Assembly (NCBI RefSeq): GCF_001194135.2
Contig: NC_068998.1
Span: 23,854,185 to 23,918,184 of the forward strand
Source of the DNA: Octopus bimaculoides
Taxonomy: Eukaryota
Direction: 5' to 3'
Length of the DNA stretch: 64,000 bases
Shown: positions 13,116 through 27,600 of the stretch, piece by piece
How the letters are laid out: the number at the start of each line of letters is the position of its first letter
How positions within the stretch are numbered: the stretch's first letter is position 1
Made by a program: the position numbers and the translations under genes
The notes under the pieces: model-generated
Seen by the model: only the letters and a program-made list of their open reading frames with translations
Told to the model about the DNA's origin: nothing
The model's database searches: none

Positions 13116-14548
13116 CGCTTATAGGTGATATATAATAGTTTGATATGCAGTTAAATGTGTATCTCCATGTAATATGACAAATATCACATAATTAAAAGCG
13201 TATGAATAATATGAAAATACAATCAGGTAGAAGAAAATGGTTACCACATTGCAAATTTGGCTAACAAGCTACACCTTTTTTTCAATGTTATGCAAATTTT
13301 ACTGTGTCATCATTTCTGTCCTGCAAATGATGATACAATAAGATTCTTACATAATGCCTTAAAATTACATATGTAACACAGTATTTAGTTTCCATTCCAC
13401 AGACAATCCCCCTCTCTCTCTCTCTCTCCCATTTTCAATAAATTAAACGGGTTAAATAGAAGAGATATGAAGAAGCTATTGTTATTTAGCCCAAGGTCCA
13501 TCTTGATTTCCGTAGACATATGATCACTTGCATTACAGCTTTTTCTTGAGGATATCTAGGATCTCATATGTCTTTCCATTTTTACTGATTGTGCAGTCTT
13601 AACTGAGGTATATTTAGCTTCTATTTCTAGCAGGCTGTATGATAGAGTGAAGGATCCCTTTCACCCCAGGTTTCATTTAGCCATTTATCAATCTAGGTTT
13701 CAGTAAAACTGGAACTTATTTCAAGGAGTTTATTTCAGGAACCCTCGCCCTTTGCTACAGGTCTGTTACTTCTCAGTGACCCAAAATACGTCTTGGAGTT
13801 AGCTAGCAACAATTCTAATCTATTACTCAATACAGAGTCATTCTGTTCTAGCAAATATTACAGCTAAAACATATAATCCTGTTCTTCTAAAAATTATAGG
13901 AAGTCTGTCGAGGTGAGAATTCTGAAAAGGTCAAACATTGTACAAAGCATTCTCCTTGGTTGTCTCAGCACTGATGTCTCTTAGTATTGGTTATATTTCA
14001 ATATTCCATTGTATAAAACTACCTATACAATAGTACATATTTTGGGATACGAATATAATTTAATAATTTATTATGTTTTTATGTATTCTGTAGATGATGT
14101 TATTTCACACAATGAATCTTTTCTTGTTGGCCTAAGTTACAATAACTATATTCAAATGCATGTTACACATGGTTAGGTATTTCAAACACTCATCTTTACC
14201 TTCAATAGAAAATAATAAAAATGGTAACAATAAGAACCACAATTCTGTAATTCTGTAAATAAGTATTTTATATTAGTCTACTCATCCTGTTAACACTATT
14301 TGCTTATTTTGGCAGAGAACTTGTCGATATACGAAACGAGACTTATCAAAAGTATATGACTTNNNNNNNNNNNNNNNNNNNNNNNNNNNNNNNNNNNNNN
14401 NNNNNNNNNNNNNNNNNNNNNNNNNNNNNNNNNNNNNNNNNNNNNNNNNNNNNNNNNNNNNNNNNNNNNNNNNNNNNNNNNNNNNNNNNNNNNNNNNNNN
14501 NNNNNNNNNNNNNNNNNNNNNNNNNNNNNNNNNNNNNNNNNNNNNNNN

Positions 14549-14592
<44 letters not shown>

Positions 14593-14605
14593 TATCATGT
14601 ATATA

Positions 14606-14658
<53 letters not shown>

Positions 14659-15018
14659 ATGTGTGTGTGTGTGTATCTATATATATGTGTGTGTATGTAT
14701 GTATGTATACAAAGAAAGAGTAAAAATATGTAATATAAATAAAATAAGAAAATAAAACTCCTACAAAATGAAGAAAATGACAGTTTGTTTTGTAAATATA
14801 TCTCATATATATAACTTTGCTTCTTTTCATCTAGGAAAAGAGTTTACAGGACGCCAACACATTCCAATTTATTTCACTAATCTATTCATCTTTTTGAGTC
14901 CTGTCTGAATGAAAGATTAAATTTCATTTTCAGTTCAGCTCCATAATATTCATAAGGCAAAGCAATAACAGTTTGTTAACTCACCAAATGAGTTAATCTT
15001 TTGTCTTTTGTTTTAACA

Positions 15019-15410
15019 TCATCATCATCGTCATCGTCATCGTCGTCGTCGTCTTCATCATCATCATCGTCAACACTATCATTCTCATTCACATCATCGT
15101 CCTTGGTACCTTCGCCATCACTATACCATCATTACATCTGTAAAAAATCATCCCCACTCTCATCATTATAATCGCCACCACACCATTATCATCACCACCA
15201 TCGCCATCAACATCCCCATCCTCCTCCTTATCCTCCTCTTTATCATCATCATCATTCACATCATTTTGATGTCATCATCACCATCATTAGATTTACGCTA
15301 CTCTACTTCCTCCTCCTAATCATCCTCATCATAGTCGTCGTTGTCATCGTCATCGTCATCATTATCATCATCGTCGTTGTCGTCGTCGTCTTTGTCTCAT
15401 CCACCACAAC
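15019..15410. repeat. Degenerate (CAT/CGT/CCT)n trinucleotide region
   Basis: Directly visible low-complexity sequence. Confidence 0.85.
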
Positions 15411-16186
15411 TATTACCAGAAAGTAGTGCAGTTATAATGTAGAAAGGAAACATAATCATGTTTTAAAGACCATTCTAATATAATAAATACACTGATAGAT
15501 TTTATAGGTTTTGATTAAGGAAAGAGTTCAATAGAATAGAAGAGCTGGTAGAATTCTGGGCAAAACACCTTGTGGTGTTCAGTTTCATGTACTTATAGCC
15601 TGAGGTGGAATTTCCACAACGTTTACTCTACTTTTTCATCTCTGATAAATCAATAAAATAATTTCTGGACATGAACCAAGGTGAATTTCATGGTTATTCA
15701 TTTCTTCAAATTTTTTGGCTGATTTCCAATGTCAAAAATTATTATAGTTATACTGATTAAAAGCAGTGGAGTGCTATGAGAAAGGCCACCTCATGAAGCT
15801 CCTTCCAGCTTTTAGCTATGTTCTTGTACATTAAGAGCTTAAATCCCTTCAGGTTCGGTTCAATTCTGTGTTTCATCTCTTGAAAATCAATGAAATAATT
15901 ATTAGTCATGCACAGAGCTTTGTGCCATCGCTTACAACATTCTGTTACAGATTTGTGTCTTCATCGCATGCACAAGGAAAATATATTGGTTTATCTGATT
16001 CATATGGCTTCTCATAATTATATCTTATGCCTAAGATTTAATACAACATTCACATAACGTATCACAATTGTATTAATATGGCTTCATATCACATTCATAT
16101 GATTTTTATCACATTTATTTCACTTATATTTGCATATATTGATTCACATTTGTAAGCAAATTATCATATTTATCAAATTTTGGCGC

Positions 16187-16382
16187 AAGGCCACCAAATT
16201 CAGAAGAGGGGTTAAGTCGATTACATCTACCCCAGTGCTCAACTCGTACCCATTTTATCAACCCCGAAAAAGATGAAAAGTAAAGCCAACCTCGGCGAAA
16301 TTTGAACTCAAAACATAAGAATGGACAAAATGTTGCTAAGCATGTTTCCCGACATGACAACGATTCTGCAGCCTCATAACCT
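16187..16382 (-). mobile_element. SINE family B copy
   Basis: ggcgcaaggccaccaaattc...aagtcgattacatctaccccagtg...aacctcggcgaaatttgaactc. Confidence 0.75.
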
Positions 16383-16542
16383 TAGAGATGATTATCATAT
16401 TAATATGGCTAGTCATTGCTTTCATGACATATCACTTTTACATAATTTACCATTCACCTTACTTTTCACATCCAAATAGCTTATCACATTTCTATGATTT
16501 AAAACACTCAACTAATTCATTATCTTAGAGATATAGGGATTC

Positions 16543-16701
16543 GCATGGGTGTGTGGTAAGACATTTTTTTCCCAACCACATGACTATAGGTTCAATCACA
16601 ATACATGATATATTGAATACCTTGGACAAGAGAATTCTACTAAACATTTAGGTAGGATTTTTGAGTGGATTGGGTAGACAGGAACTGAAAGAAGCCTGGT
16701 T

Positions 16702-16733
<32 letters not shown>

Positions 16734-17155
16734 TNNNNNNNNNNNNNNNNNNNNNNNNNNNNNNNNNNNNNNNNNNNNNNNNNNNNNNNNNNNNNNNNNN
16801 NNNNNNNNNNNNNNNNNNNNNNNNNNNNNNNNNNNNNNNNNNNNNNNNNNNNNNNNNNNNNATATATACATATATATATGCATACATACGTATATATATA
16901 TATATATATATATATACATACATATGCATATATATATTTATTTATACATATGGTGGATGTTGTTATATCTATGTTTATCCCCTATCAACGCTTGACAACA
17001 ACCAGTTTTGGTGTGTTTATGTCCCTGTAACTTAACAGTATGGCAAGAGACAGATAGAATAAGTACCAGGCTTTAAGAACATTCTGGAGTCGATTTTCTA
17101 AGACAATGTCCCTGCATGGCTGCCGCCGAATATGTGAAACAAGAAAATGATAAAA
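16543..17155 (+). mobile_element. SINE family A/C copy (spans an N gap)
   Basis: Head gtgtggtaag..cccaaccacatg..ggttcaatc, then (TA)n, then tail gcttgacaacaacc..gtgtgtttatgtccc..aataagtaccagg. Confidence 0.75.
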
Positions 17156-19040
17156 ATAAAAGTTTTAATTTATCATTTCATACACATAGCTTATTACTAC
17201 CTTCATATTATTTATTATCACATTTATTACATGGAAATATGCGAGCAAGAGAAATAATATTCTTAAGATAATAAACCTGGAAACATGCAGGACAAGTTCT
17301 TACATCTGGTAAAGTATAGAACAAGACAAGTTTTACTTAAAATATTGCAGTTAAGGATAAAATCTCAAATAAAATATTTAGAGTTAGAAAGAATAAAAAG
17401 TTTTGAATGGTGCAACAATGCACTATAATACAAACAATGGGCTATATACCTGTTGTAATTTAGTCGTCCATAGTCTGATATTTCGGAATAAAATTCCTTC
17501 TTTAGATATACTTAGATGGAATTTAGAAAATATTAGCTTTTATTGAAACTAGAAATGTTATAACAAGTTATAACTTCTATTTGTTATTAGTTGTTACTTC
17601 TATTAGAAATTAAATATAACTCAATTCAAATGTTCTGGCTCTTTAAAAAATTTATTTTTCAATTATTAATTCAAAATTAGAAATTTGGAAATAGGCTATG
17701 AAAAGTAATAGTAGTACATAATTAGTACAATAAAGAGAATATTACAAACAAATAGTTATATATTAAAATAAAATCTATCTATAGCAACGAATTCAAAGTA
17801 AAATTTGCTTGACTTATTGCCTAAGTTATTACCAAGTCTTCACACTTTTAGTCTTGAACAATGCTTATTTTTACATAATGAATTTGCCGAGCATATATAC
17901 TACTCTACTTTGCATAAAACTTTAGCTATATTAATGCTTCTGGCTCTCAGTTTTTAAGTATTCGAGTGTGTCAATATGTTAACAAAATGATGGTACCTTT
18001 TTTAATCATACTGTTACTTTGTAAATTAAAATTAAATAAATTTTAATATTCAAAATTTATCCTTAGCTGCAATATCTTTAGTAAAATTGTTCTTGTTCTG
18101 TACTTTATTATATGTAATTATCCTGAACTTTTCCAAGTGTAATAACTTGTCTTGTACTATTCCAGGTTATAATCTTAAGAATATTAGTTCTCTTCCTTGC
18201 ATTTTCCCAAGTAATCCATGTTTTTTCCAGGCTATGTTATTATGCTAAGTAATAATGTGTCAAATGTGTCAGCGGTGTCGTTGATTTTTTCCTTACCTCA
18301 ATGATGACGGTAACATATATTAATAGTTCCCTTATAGATCTATATGCATAAAAATGTATAGAACTATATCATCACCCTCAAACTTGAGAAACGAACACTC
18401 AACTCTTTTTTTAAAACTTCATTGCATGAGATTGATACCATGAAATACCTCGAATTGAGCTCTATCATTTAAGCTTAATCAAAATATAGGTTGTTTTTTT
18501 AAAAAACAAGTTAATTATACTGAAATTTTTTGCCTTACTATATTTTTTTCATATTTTACCTCACACTTTTTCTGATACAAATTTTTGTTGCATGGGACCA
18601 AAACTATGAAATCCTTCATGCTTTCTTCTATCATTGAAGCTGAGATAAATATATTTTCCTTTTACAATAGAGAAAGTTATTTAGATCTAAACATGACTGG
18701 TGGCGTTACTCACTCTCCTATAACGTTGCTACAAATTTTTATGTAAACTTTTTCTACTGGACCAAATCTCAATTTTTTTTTATTCCAAGATATAGCTAGG
18801 GACCAGTCTTCAGAAATGTTAACAGCTTTCAATTTTGTTAAGAACTTACTTAGCAACAAGCTCTGAAATATGTTGCGTGTTAGTAAATTGCAGCCTTAAG
18901 AATGTTATTCTACTACTACCGTAGTAGAATGATATCGGTTATTAGTACATTTACATGTAAATTAACATCTGGCCAAATCGCAACATTTATAGCATAATAT
19001 AGCCCCATTAAATACAATTCTTCCTAAAGATACCTTATAT

Positions 19041-20510
19041 ATTAATAATTATATATAAGATATATAAATATATTCATATATACTAGGGTACTACATAAGC
19101 ACTTGCTTCACTAAAAATTAAAATTAAAATACTCCTAAGCCACAGAAGAATCACTAAATTAATACAGACATGATAGGAAAAAACTTTAATGAATAAGAAT
19201 AGCGTCTTACCTCTGCAAAGAATGCAGTAGGAATGCCAGTGAAACTGATATCATGATTTCGAATTTAGCGCCAAAGTTACATGATTCTCTTCAGTCAGAT
19301 CTGCAAGAAACATCTAATCGTATTCACCGCTAACATGTCTATGATTCGTTTGTGTGCCCGAATACCGTTGAAACAAGCGAATTATGGGAAATTATTTATA
19401 AATATAAGAGAACGTTATTATTCCTAAAAATAATAACGTCAGTGGCCGCGTGCGTAAAAGCCATATAAGCAAAATTAATAATTATATATAAGATATATAA
19501 ATATACTTATATANNNNNNNNNNNNNNNNNNNNNNNNNNNNNNNNNNNNNNNNNNNNNNNNNNNNNNNNNNNATATATATATATATATATATATATACAT
19601 AAGCACCTGCTTCGCTAGAAATAGAAGTCGAAATACTCCTAAGCCACAGAAGAATCACTACGTTAATTGAGGCATGATAGGGAAAAAAATAGTGAATAAT
19701 AATAGCGTCTTACCCCTGCAAAGGCAGATGTCTATTGTAGATCTAACTGAAGAAATCAAGTGTTTCTGGCGCTAAATTCGAAATCAGGATATCAGATTAA
19801 CTGACATTTCTACTGCATTCTTTACAGAGGTAAGACGCTATTCTTATTCACTAAATCTTTTCTCTTATCATGCCTGTAATAATGTGATTTTTCTGTTGCT
19901 TAGGAGTAATTTGCCTTCTATTTTTAGCAAAGCAGGTGTTTATGTAGTACCCTAGTATATATGAATATATTTATATATCTTATATGTATTATAAATGTTG
20001 CCTATACAGCTTTAATACTCACAGCCACTAACGTTATCATTTTTAGGAATAATAATTTTCTCTTACACTGATAAATAATTTCCCATGGTTCGTTTGCTTC
20101 AATGTTGTTCGGACACTCAAACAAATTTCAGGCATGGTAGCGTTGAATACTATTAGATGTCTCTTGCAGATCTGACTGAAGAGAATCAGGTGCCTTTAGA
20201 GCTAAATTCGAAATCATGATATAACATTAATTGACTTTCCTACTCCAACTTTTGCAGATGCAAGACGCTAGTCTTATTCACTAAAATTGTGTTCCTATTA
20301 TGCCTCAATTAATGCAATGATTCTTGTGTGGCCTAGGAGTATTTTGACTTCTATTTTTAGCGAAGCAGGTGCTTATGTAGTACCCTAGTATATATAAATA
20401 TATTTATATATCTTATATATAATTATTAATTTTGCTTTTTCGGCTTTTACACTCGTGGACACTAACGTTATTTTATTTTTTAGGAATAATAATGTTCTCT
20501 TATATATTAG
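19041..20510. repeat. 433-bp unit tandem array with an internal inversion (Helitron-like termini)
   Basis: attaataattatatataag occurs at 19041 and 19474. The reverse-orientation marker gtagtaccctag occurs at 19944 and 20377. Both give a 433-bp period. Orientation switches at about 19724. Confidence 0.9.
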
Positions 20511-21223
20511 ATATTTTATTGCTTCCTTTCAAAGTATACTCTCATTTTTATTACATTCGCATTGAAAACACCAAATCAAAAACAAAATCAGCAACTGCGT
20601 AATTTTTTTTCTTTGGCTACTCTACTCATTGATGATAAATGAATACCTTCTAAGTCAATTAGAAAGTATAAGAACCAAAGAGGCAATTCTTCGCAGTCAT
20701 TCTTTTTGCTATAAATACTAGCCAAATCTAAAATGTTACACTACTACCATCTGAAAAATAGGTTAGTGTATAATTCAGTAGCAAAATAATAATATGGAGT
20801 GATTACGTTTGTGAGGACTCTTGAAGATAGGTCCGCTTGATAACAGCTATTGTAATCTTTTATGAACGATTTTCCACAATAGTTGAAAATAGTACATATG
20901 GCAAAAGGTTAAATTCAAATCTTGACGGTCTTCAAAGTTAACATAAATTTCTCATTAATATATCTTAGACTATAACAAATTCAATAAAATATGCATGGTA
21001 ATTAATTTCTCAGAATATGCCAAAAACAATGTAAAAAATGGCGTATAGAAATGAAAAATAAATGAAGTTTATAAGTTATTATTAATATTATTTTACTTAT
21101 CAGAGCGCTCAGTCTTACTTGCTCCGGTTGATTTTGTAAGAGCGGACAGCAACCGCCTGTCAGAGGTTTCACAGGGTCTCTTTTCACAAATTATAAACTT
21201 TGGTACCTGGACGATAAGCTATC

Positions 21224-21330
21224 ATGGAAGGCATTCAACACACAAGCACCAATCTCAAAATCCGCGCTGTCCCCAATAGTACAGGTTCTTGGGGCCTGCT
21301 TGCTGCTCTAACGTCAATCCCAATGCTTAT
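21224..21330 (-). mobile_element. R4/Dong LINE 3' tip
   Basis: Minus strand reads QEPVLLGTARILRLVL, matching the R4 C-terminal LLGTA.ILR motif; abuts (AAG)n(AAT)n. Confidence 0.7.
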
Positions 21331-21336
21331 TCTTCT

Positions 21337-21453
<117 letters not shown>

Positions 21454-21460
21454 CATTATT

Positions 21461-21800
21461 GATTGAGAGAGCAGCAAATGCCATCGAAGTTACATCATCA
21501 GCGTTTACCGTCCATCTTCCATGCATGCATGAGAAGGACGGTTGACAGGAGCTGGCCAAGTAGAAAAACTACTCACGGTTACTGTGCGTGTTTTGGCAGG
21601 CATTTTACCGTTGGATACATTTTCTAGCACCAACCACTCCGCAGACAGGATTCAGTGCTTTTTACATGGCACTAGCACAGGCGACGTTAGTATTGGCATG
21701 ATTTTTACAGCTGGATAACTTTACAAAAGTGAACCACATTTACAATGTGGACTGGATGCTTTTAAAGTGACTCCAGTACTGACACATTAACCAAGTAACT
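21461..21800 (-). mobile_element. RTE-like LINE 3' UTR remnant
   Basis: Minus strand reads gccagctcctgtcaaccgtcc..catggaagatggacggtaaacgctgatgat and ends in atggcatttgctgctctctcaatc plus (AAT)n. Family call is from recall. Confidence 0.5.
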
Positions 21801-22087
21801 CGCAAGACAATGAAAGAAGAGAGGGGGAGAGCATTTGATGGAGTGGATTGTGTCAGAGGATGAAATGCTAGAGTGTATCAGAGAAATTGAGAGGTACACA
21901 TAGGTGTCTTGTTTTAGAGGAGGTACATTGTTACACAGTGAGAGAGAGAGAGAGAGAAAGTGAGAAGAGATAGAGAGTGTGAGACGTACAAGAAAGAGGC
22001 CAGAAAACAAGTGTGCTGATGTAAAGGAGATACTCGGTTACCTAGTCAGAGAAAAAACAAGAGGAGAGAGTGAAGGTGTGACCGAAG

Positions 22088-22132
<45 letters not shown>

Positions 22133-22429
22133 TAGGAAACAGCAAAAGTTTTAGAGAGAGTGGCAGAGAGATGGTGTAGTGCTAGGGTATACGCACAAGT
22201 AACCACGATCTGAACATAGAATCTGAATAGAAAATACGGTGCGGCCCCTAGGGTGGAGGGAGCATCGACACTGTGAACAGGGCAGTGAGGCAAGAGAGGG
22301 GATTGGAAAACAATTGTAGTTTATGTAAACGAAATGTAAGGAAGACAAACATGCAAATAGAAGAGTAGTTGCAGTTCTGTTTCTTAGGGTAGAGTGGGGT
22401 ACAAATATCCGAAGCTCAATATTCGCATC

Positions 22430-23990
22430 ATGATAACGTCTGATAAGGATACACCAGGCACATGTATCATGACCATATATTTGTGTCTGTGACATGGTGA
22501 CTTAATACCAAGATGAACAGCACATGACCTTGCAGGTGGGTCACAGAATTTTCTTTAGGTTGAGCAGCCCATTCCGCTCTAAAGGTATCAGAATAAGTGT
22601 TGTTTAAGCATGATGAGCAAAACACCAATGTTTCCAGAGGTGAAGTTTTCAAAACCCCGTACATTGACTCTGCAATTATTCCAGTCATTAATTACCGCAT
22701 AAGTAGAAAGCAGGATGTCGGCCTGTAATTGTCTACCGTATTGCTTTTTTCAATGTTTTCCAAGCGCAGCACTGTCCAACCCACTGTCAGCCACTATGGT
22801 GTTACTTGGTCAGCATTTAACAAGGTGTTGAGGCGTGCATGACATTCAGCAAATCTTTCGATCCAGTAGACTTGCACTCCATTTGGTACTGGGTCCTTCC
22901 AGTTGCCCATTTTTCTTACTGGTTTCCTTCACTACCCTAACTGAAATGGCTAGTTCTGCTGTTCTGGAGAGACTACACTTAGTTTCAGTTCTTGCAGCCA
23001 TTCAACATCCTTTTTGTGCTCCTTGTCTTTGCTCCAGATGCCACTCCAAAACCTTTAACTTTCAATGTTATCTGGTATCAACTTTTCATCTGTACACCCT
23101 CGGTTTATTTCTTTGTAGAATCTCTTCTGATCTACTCTGAATAACCTATTCTGCTGGTATCCCTTCATCCTTTAGCCATATCTTACCATCTTTGTTTTCT
23201 TTGCAACGAGGTGCAGTTTCAGTTCCTGTTTACCAATTTCAGGCCTTTTCATTCAAAAACATGCTTGCTGTTTACAGTCCTGTATTTTTGCTCGCTTTTA
23301 AGCTTTCCCTTCTCTTTCCGTCTAACACAGAAATGTCCTTCGATAGCATATCTAACTCCGCCTGTATTCTTCTGCTCCACCATAGATCTTTCTTGTGTCA
23401 CTCCCATTATATTTCTTTTTCTTGACATCAACAGCCACATTTTCTGATACAACAATACTTGCTGCCTTGATCAAATTATTTGTTTCTTTCATGATTTTTG
23501 TTCTGACGTGTTTCAGAATTTTATACACATCTTTACGTTTCTTGATTCAAATTCCATCAATCAACTTTTTTAAGGTTGCAAATAATGTCGCTATCGCTCT
23601 CCTGTAGCTTTGTCATTATTCTGTCGTAGATTGCATTTTACCCATCTGTCATGTCACCATCTATATGTCTCTCATCGAACAAGCTATCACTGTTCCTCTC
23701 CTGTGATTTATTGGAGATCTCAGCTCTGCTCTATCAGTAAGAACTGTATTTTCATCGTTTCCTCTGCTGCTGTTTTCCAATACCCGTCTTTTGATAACTT
23801 CGAGCATTCCTTTTGCGAACCAACGATTTTTTCTTATTGCTCTAGCTTGATCACAATCTCTGTTCCGTGAGTTGAAACAATCCTCTTTCTCTCCAATGAT
23901 CATATATACGTTGTCGGCATCCCCTAATATGAGCACCATTTTCGTCTACTGGGTTGCACAGGTAGCAGCACTCCATGGCCACAACATTAT
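22430..23990 (-). mobile_element. Degraded R4/Dong-clade LINE (N-terminal region to RT start)
   Basis: VVAMECCYLCNPVDENGAHIRGCRQRIYDHWRERGLFQLTEQRL and MTGIIAESMY; homologous to the copy at 31810-34630. Confidence 0.85.
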
Positions 23991-24339
23991 TATTACTATT
24001 ATTATCGTTACTATTATTGTTATTATTAATATAATTATTGTTGTTGTTGTTGTTGTTGTTGAAAGATTCATTGTCACTGTTCAAAATCAGAGTGGTTTTC
24101 AATGATCTCATAATTACAGACATGCGTTTTCGCAGAGTAGGTGCAATTTTATTCATTTCCAGACATTTCTTAATCCAGCTATGTGGTAGACTATTAAAAG
24201 CTTTATTTTAATAGTCTATCCAGGCTATCGACAAGTTTTTGTATCGTTTGTGACAATCTTCCATGCTAATCTTATTGATGAGTAGCTGATCTCTACAACC
24301 ATAGAACCCACGTTTACATCCTTTTTGCTTATTAGTGAA

Positions 24340-24655
24340 TATGCCACTTTCTATTTAAATATTACAGGTATATTCAGTCAAGATAGATGTTATTATTATA
24401 TACATTGTTGTTAAGCAGATTATGGGTCTATAATTTTTTGGTTCATTTCTTTCTTCATATTTTTTAAGTAGGAATGTAACACCATTAACTAGCCAAGAAG
24501 GAATCATACAATGCTGTTTGAAAACATTGCCGTAAATTTTTGTTGGCAGTTCATGTCTCTCTGGGAAGGCATTCAACCAGAATTTAGGAATGTTATCCTT
24601 TTCTAAAGACTTCCATTTGCTCGACTTCTTGAGAGCAGATCTTACATCCTCTACC
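24340..24655 (-). mobile_element. R4-clade RT fragment
   Basis: IPSWLVNGVTFLLKK...PKNYRPIICLTTMY (NYRPI.CL motif). Confidence 0.75.
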
Positions 24656-24664
24656 TTGATTCAA

Positions 24665-27600
24665 AATAAATAGTGGTTGGTGCAGACATTAAAGAGATTT
24701 TGAATGTCCTTGAAAAGGTATGTTCTAAAAATCGTTTGAACATTTTGAGCAACTGTTTGATGAATTTTGAAAAAACGGAAACCTCGGTGCTAAAGACAAA
24801 AAAAGAAAAAGATTCTGACAAAGCTAATTTCCCATTGTCCTGAGCCTGTGAGCAAGGGAACATTTTGGTTGACAACATTTGCTTTGAAATATGAGGAGAA
24901 ATCTTTTTTTTTTTTATTTACTTTCGAGACAAATGTTTTGTGATAAACTTATTGACGTCGGGTAGAATATCGAAGCTGAAAATTTTCCTGAAATTCCAAT
25001 GCAACCAACCATTTTTTCTCACACGGAATTTCTAACATACAGTCCACACCGCACACTGTTCATTCATCTCATCAGGAACAATCATTTTATTTTGTCGATC
25101 AATTTTTTCGGAGATGTTTATGTTTATGACAGTTTGAACTTACCAGTTTCACAGAAACTAATAGCACAAATAACAATGTTGTACTCACCACAAGCAAATA
25201 CTATTCCTACAGTACAACAGGTTCATATAAATAATCTCCAATCGGAGCATATGATTGTGGATTTTTTGTCCTGTCGTATGTATCTGAACTGGTCATTGGA
25301 ATCGCTCCAGAGAAGTTTTCGTTTGATCAGTCAAAACTGCGAGCACATTTAAGATTTTGCTTCAGAAACGATAAATTTGTTCCTTTCCCAAAAGTAACGT
25401 TTCTTCAAATGTCTACAAAATCCGCAGAAGTTTCTATCTTACTCACTTTCTATCACCCACCCAGAAATGGATTACACCTAGAAAGACGGCTAATAATTAT
25501 AACTTCTCACATGAACAATCAGAAGAAATGTTATCACCCAATAGGTTCCATGTTTTAAGTGACCATTTCGAGCAAAGCCCAAAATGTAGTCAGTAATTTA
25601 ATGAGAGTAAGACTCTAAAAACAACTTGCCCGAGAAAAACGATGGCACTAGAGAATAAGTGGGTCATAAATTTATCTAAACTAAAACTTTGCCCAACGAT
25701 GTCTCAGTCTTAGAGCTTGGACTGAGTTTCTACCCAGGCACTATAGAATTTCGACAAGAATAAACTAGCTCAAGGAGTATTTCAGTTTGTCCGCCCTCAC
25801 AAACTGAAGGAATATTTTTTTGAAACAACTGGTAAGGAGGAGTCAGAAAACCCTATGCTTACAGACAATAAAATTGATGATGATCGAATCTGGCATAATT
25901 AGATTGAAAAGAATCCCAATTGGTATCCAGATAAAGTTCGGGATGGACTTTCATAAGCACTACTGGAATTTCTTGAATCTTGTCAGGCAGGCATTGAAGA
26001 AAGCCTTACAACAAGTGGAATGACGACATCGAATAACCTCACAAATTTCCAACGTTATGCACTCCGACGTCTAGCTAATAAGGATTCTATTGTTATTTAG
26101 ATGGCGAGTAAAGGAGGCGCTATCATCATTATGGGCAAAAGTGAGTATATTTCGGCTTGTGCAGAAGTTTTAAATGACAAAACTTTATATGAAGAATTAC
26201 CTTTCGATCCAATCCCAATTGCACACAGAAACTTCACGAAATAATTCTGGAAATGGTGGAAAACAATTTCATTGATAAAACCGAATCCAGAATTTTACGT
26301 TCAGAACGAAGAACACCTGTATTTTACAGTCTCCCTGAAATACACAAAACGTTCGAAAGATTTTCTCCAATGCGCACAATTTGCAGCGGATATGAATGTT
26401 ATACTGCTAAGATTTCATAACGGCTGGCAGGCTTTCTACTTCCTGTCGCAAAAAGATCAAGTTCCTATATTCGGGATACTTTTGATTTTTAAGCACCGAG
26501 TCCGTGTCGAGAATTGGTTTTTGGTAGCCATGGTTGTTTCTTCCTTATATTCCAATATTGATCACGATGAAGGGGTAGAAGCATGCGTGGATGTCTTCGA
26601 AAAGCGGTCAAAGAAAAGTATTCCATCAAATTTTCTCTAGAGATTATTACAAAGTAACACAGTGAAGTATGAACAAAGATATTACCACTAGACGACGGGT
26701 TGCGCCATGGGTACTCCTATCGCAGTTAATTTCGCTAATGTCTTCATGACGAAATTCGTGACACAGTTAGTCAAGATCGTCAAATCCCTTCATAGTCATG
26801 AACCATACTTTGGTTACGGTTCAGTAATGACGTATTTTTTGTCTGGAAAGGATCACAGGATAGTTTAATGGACCTCTTGCATCACTTATACTCTTTTGCT
26901 AAAAACTATGGCTTTAAGTCCAACACAAAATTTACGTCTAGTTTTTCAAAATACTAGCGTTGGATTTTTGGACAGAAATGTTAAGTTTCTGGAGGCAGAA
27001 TAGCGACAGAGTTATATTGGAAGCCTGCATCGTCACACATTTTTTCTCCACCGCCGCTTCGATTATCCCCATCATATTGTTTGGTCAAATTCGAAATCCC
27101 AATTTTTTATGATAAAACGGATTTGTACTGATATAGGAGATTACTGGAAACACGCAAATGCTTTTGTACATCATTATGTCAAACGCGGCTACAGCGAATC
27201 ACGATTAATGAAAATAGAAAATGAGATAGCTAAGATTAGCAAAGATATTCAAGCCTTCATGCGTTAATCTTAGCGAACACAATACAATAGATGGCAGAAT
27301 TCTTTTAGTGATTAACTGGCACTGACATTTTGCTGGCATCTCAAAAGTGTTGCATGAAAGTTACCAGCATGTGGCGAAAAAATATCCCCGTTTCAAACAG
27401 ATATTTCTCAGCCGCCTATTGTTGCATTTAGACGGAATAAGAATATAAGAGAAGTATGGACTTCTATTTCTGACTCCAAGAAAACTAACATTGGGGTATC
27501 TACAAGCTGTACCTTGAAAAAACAGGCGCAAGAGAGATAAGCCTTGTTCATTGTGCACCGACAGGGGTCAAGTGAATTCCATCAAGAATCATGACAGAAA

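Noticed and set aside
15019-15410. Asp-rich coding exon on the minus strand
   Set aside because: A degenerate CAT-type repeat interrupted by stops, with no clear splice context.
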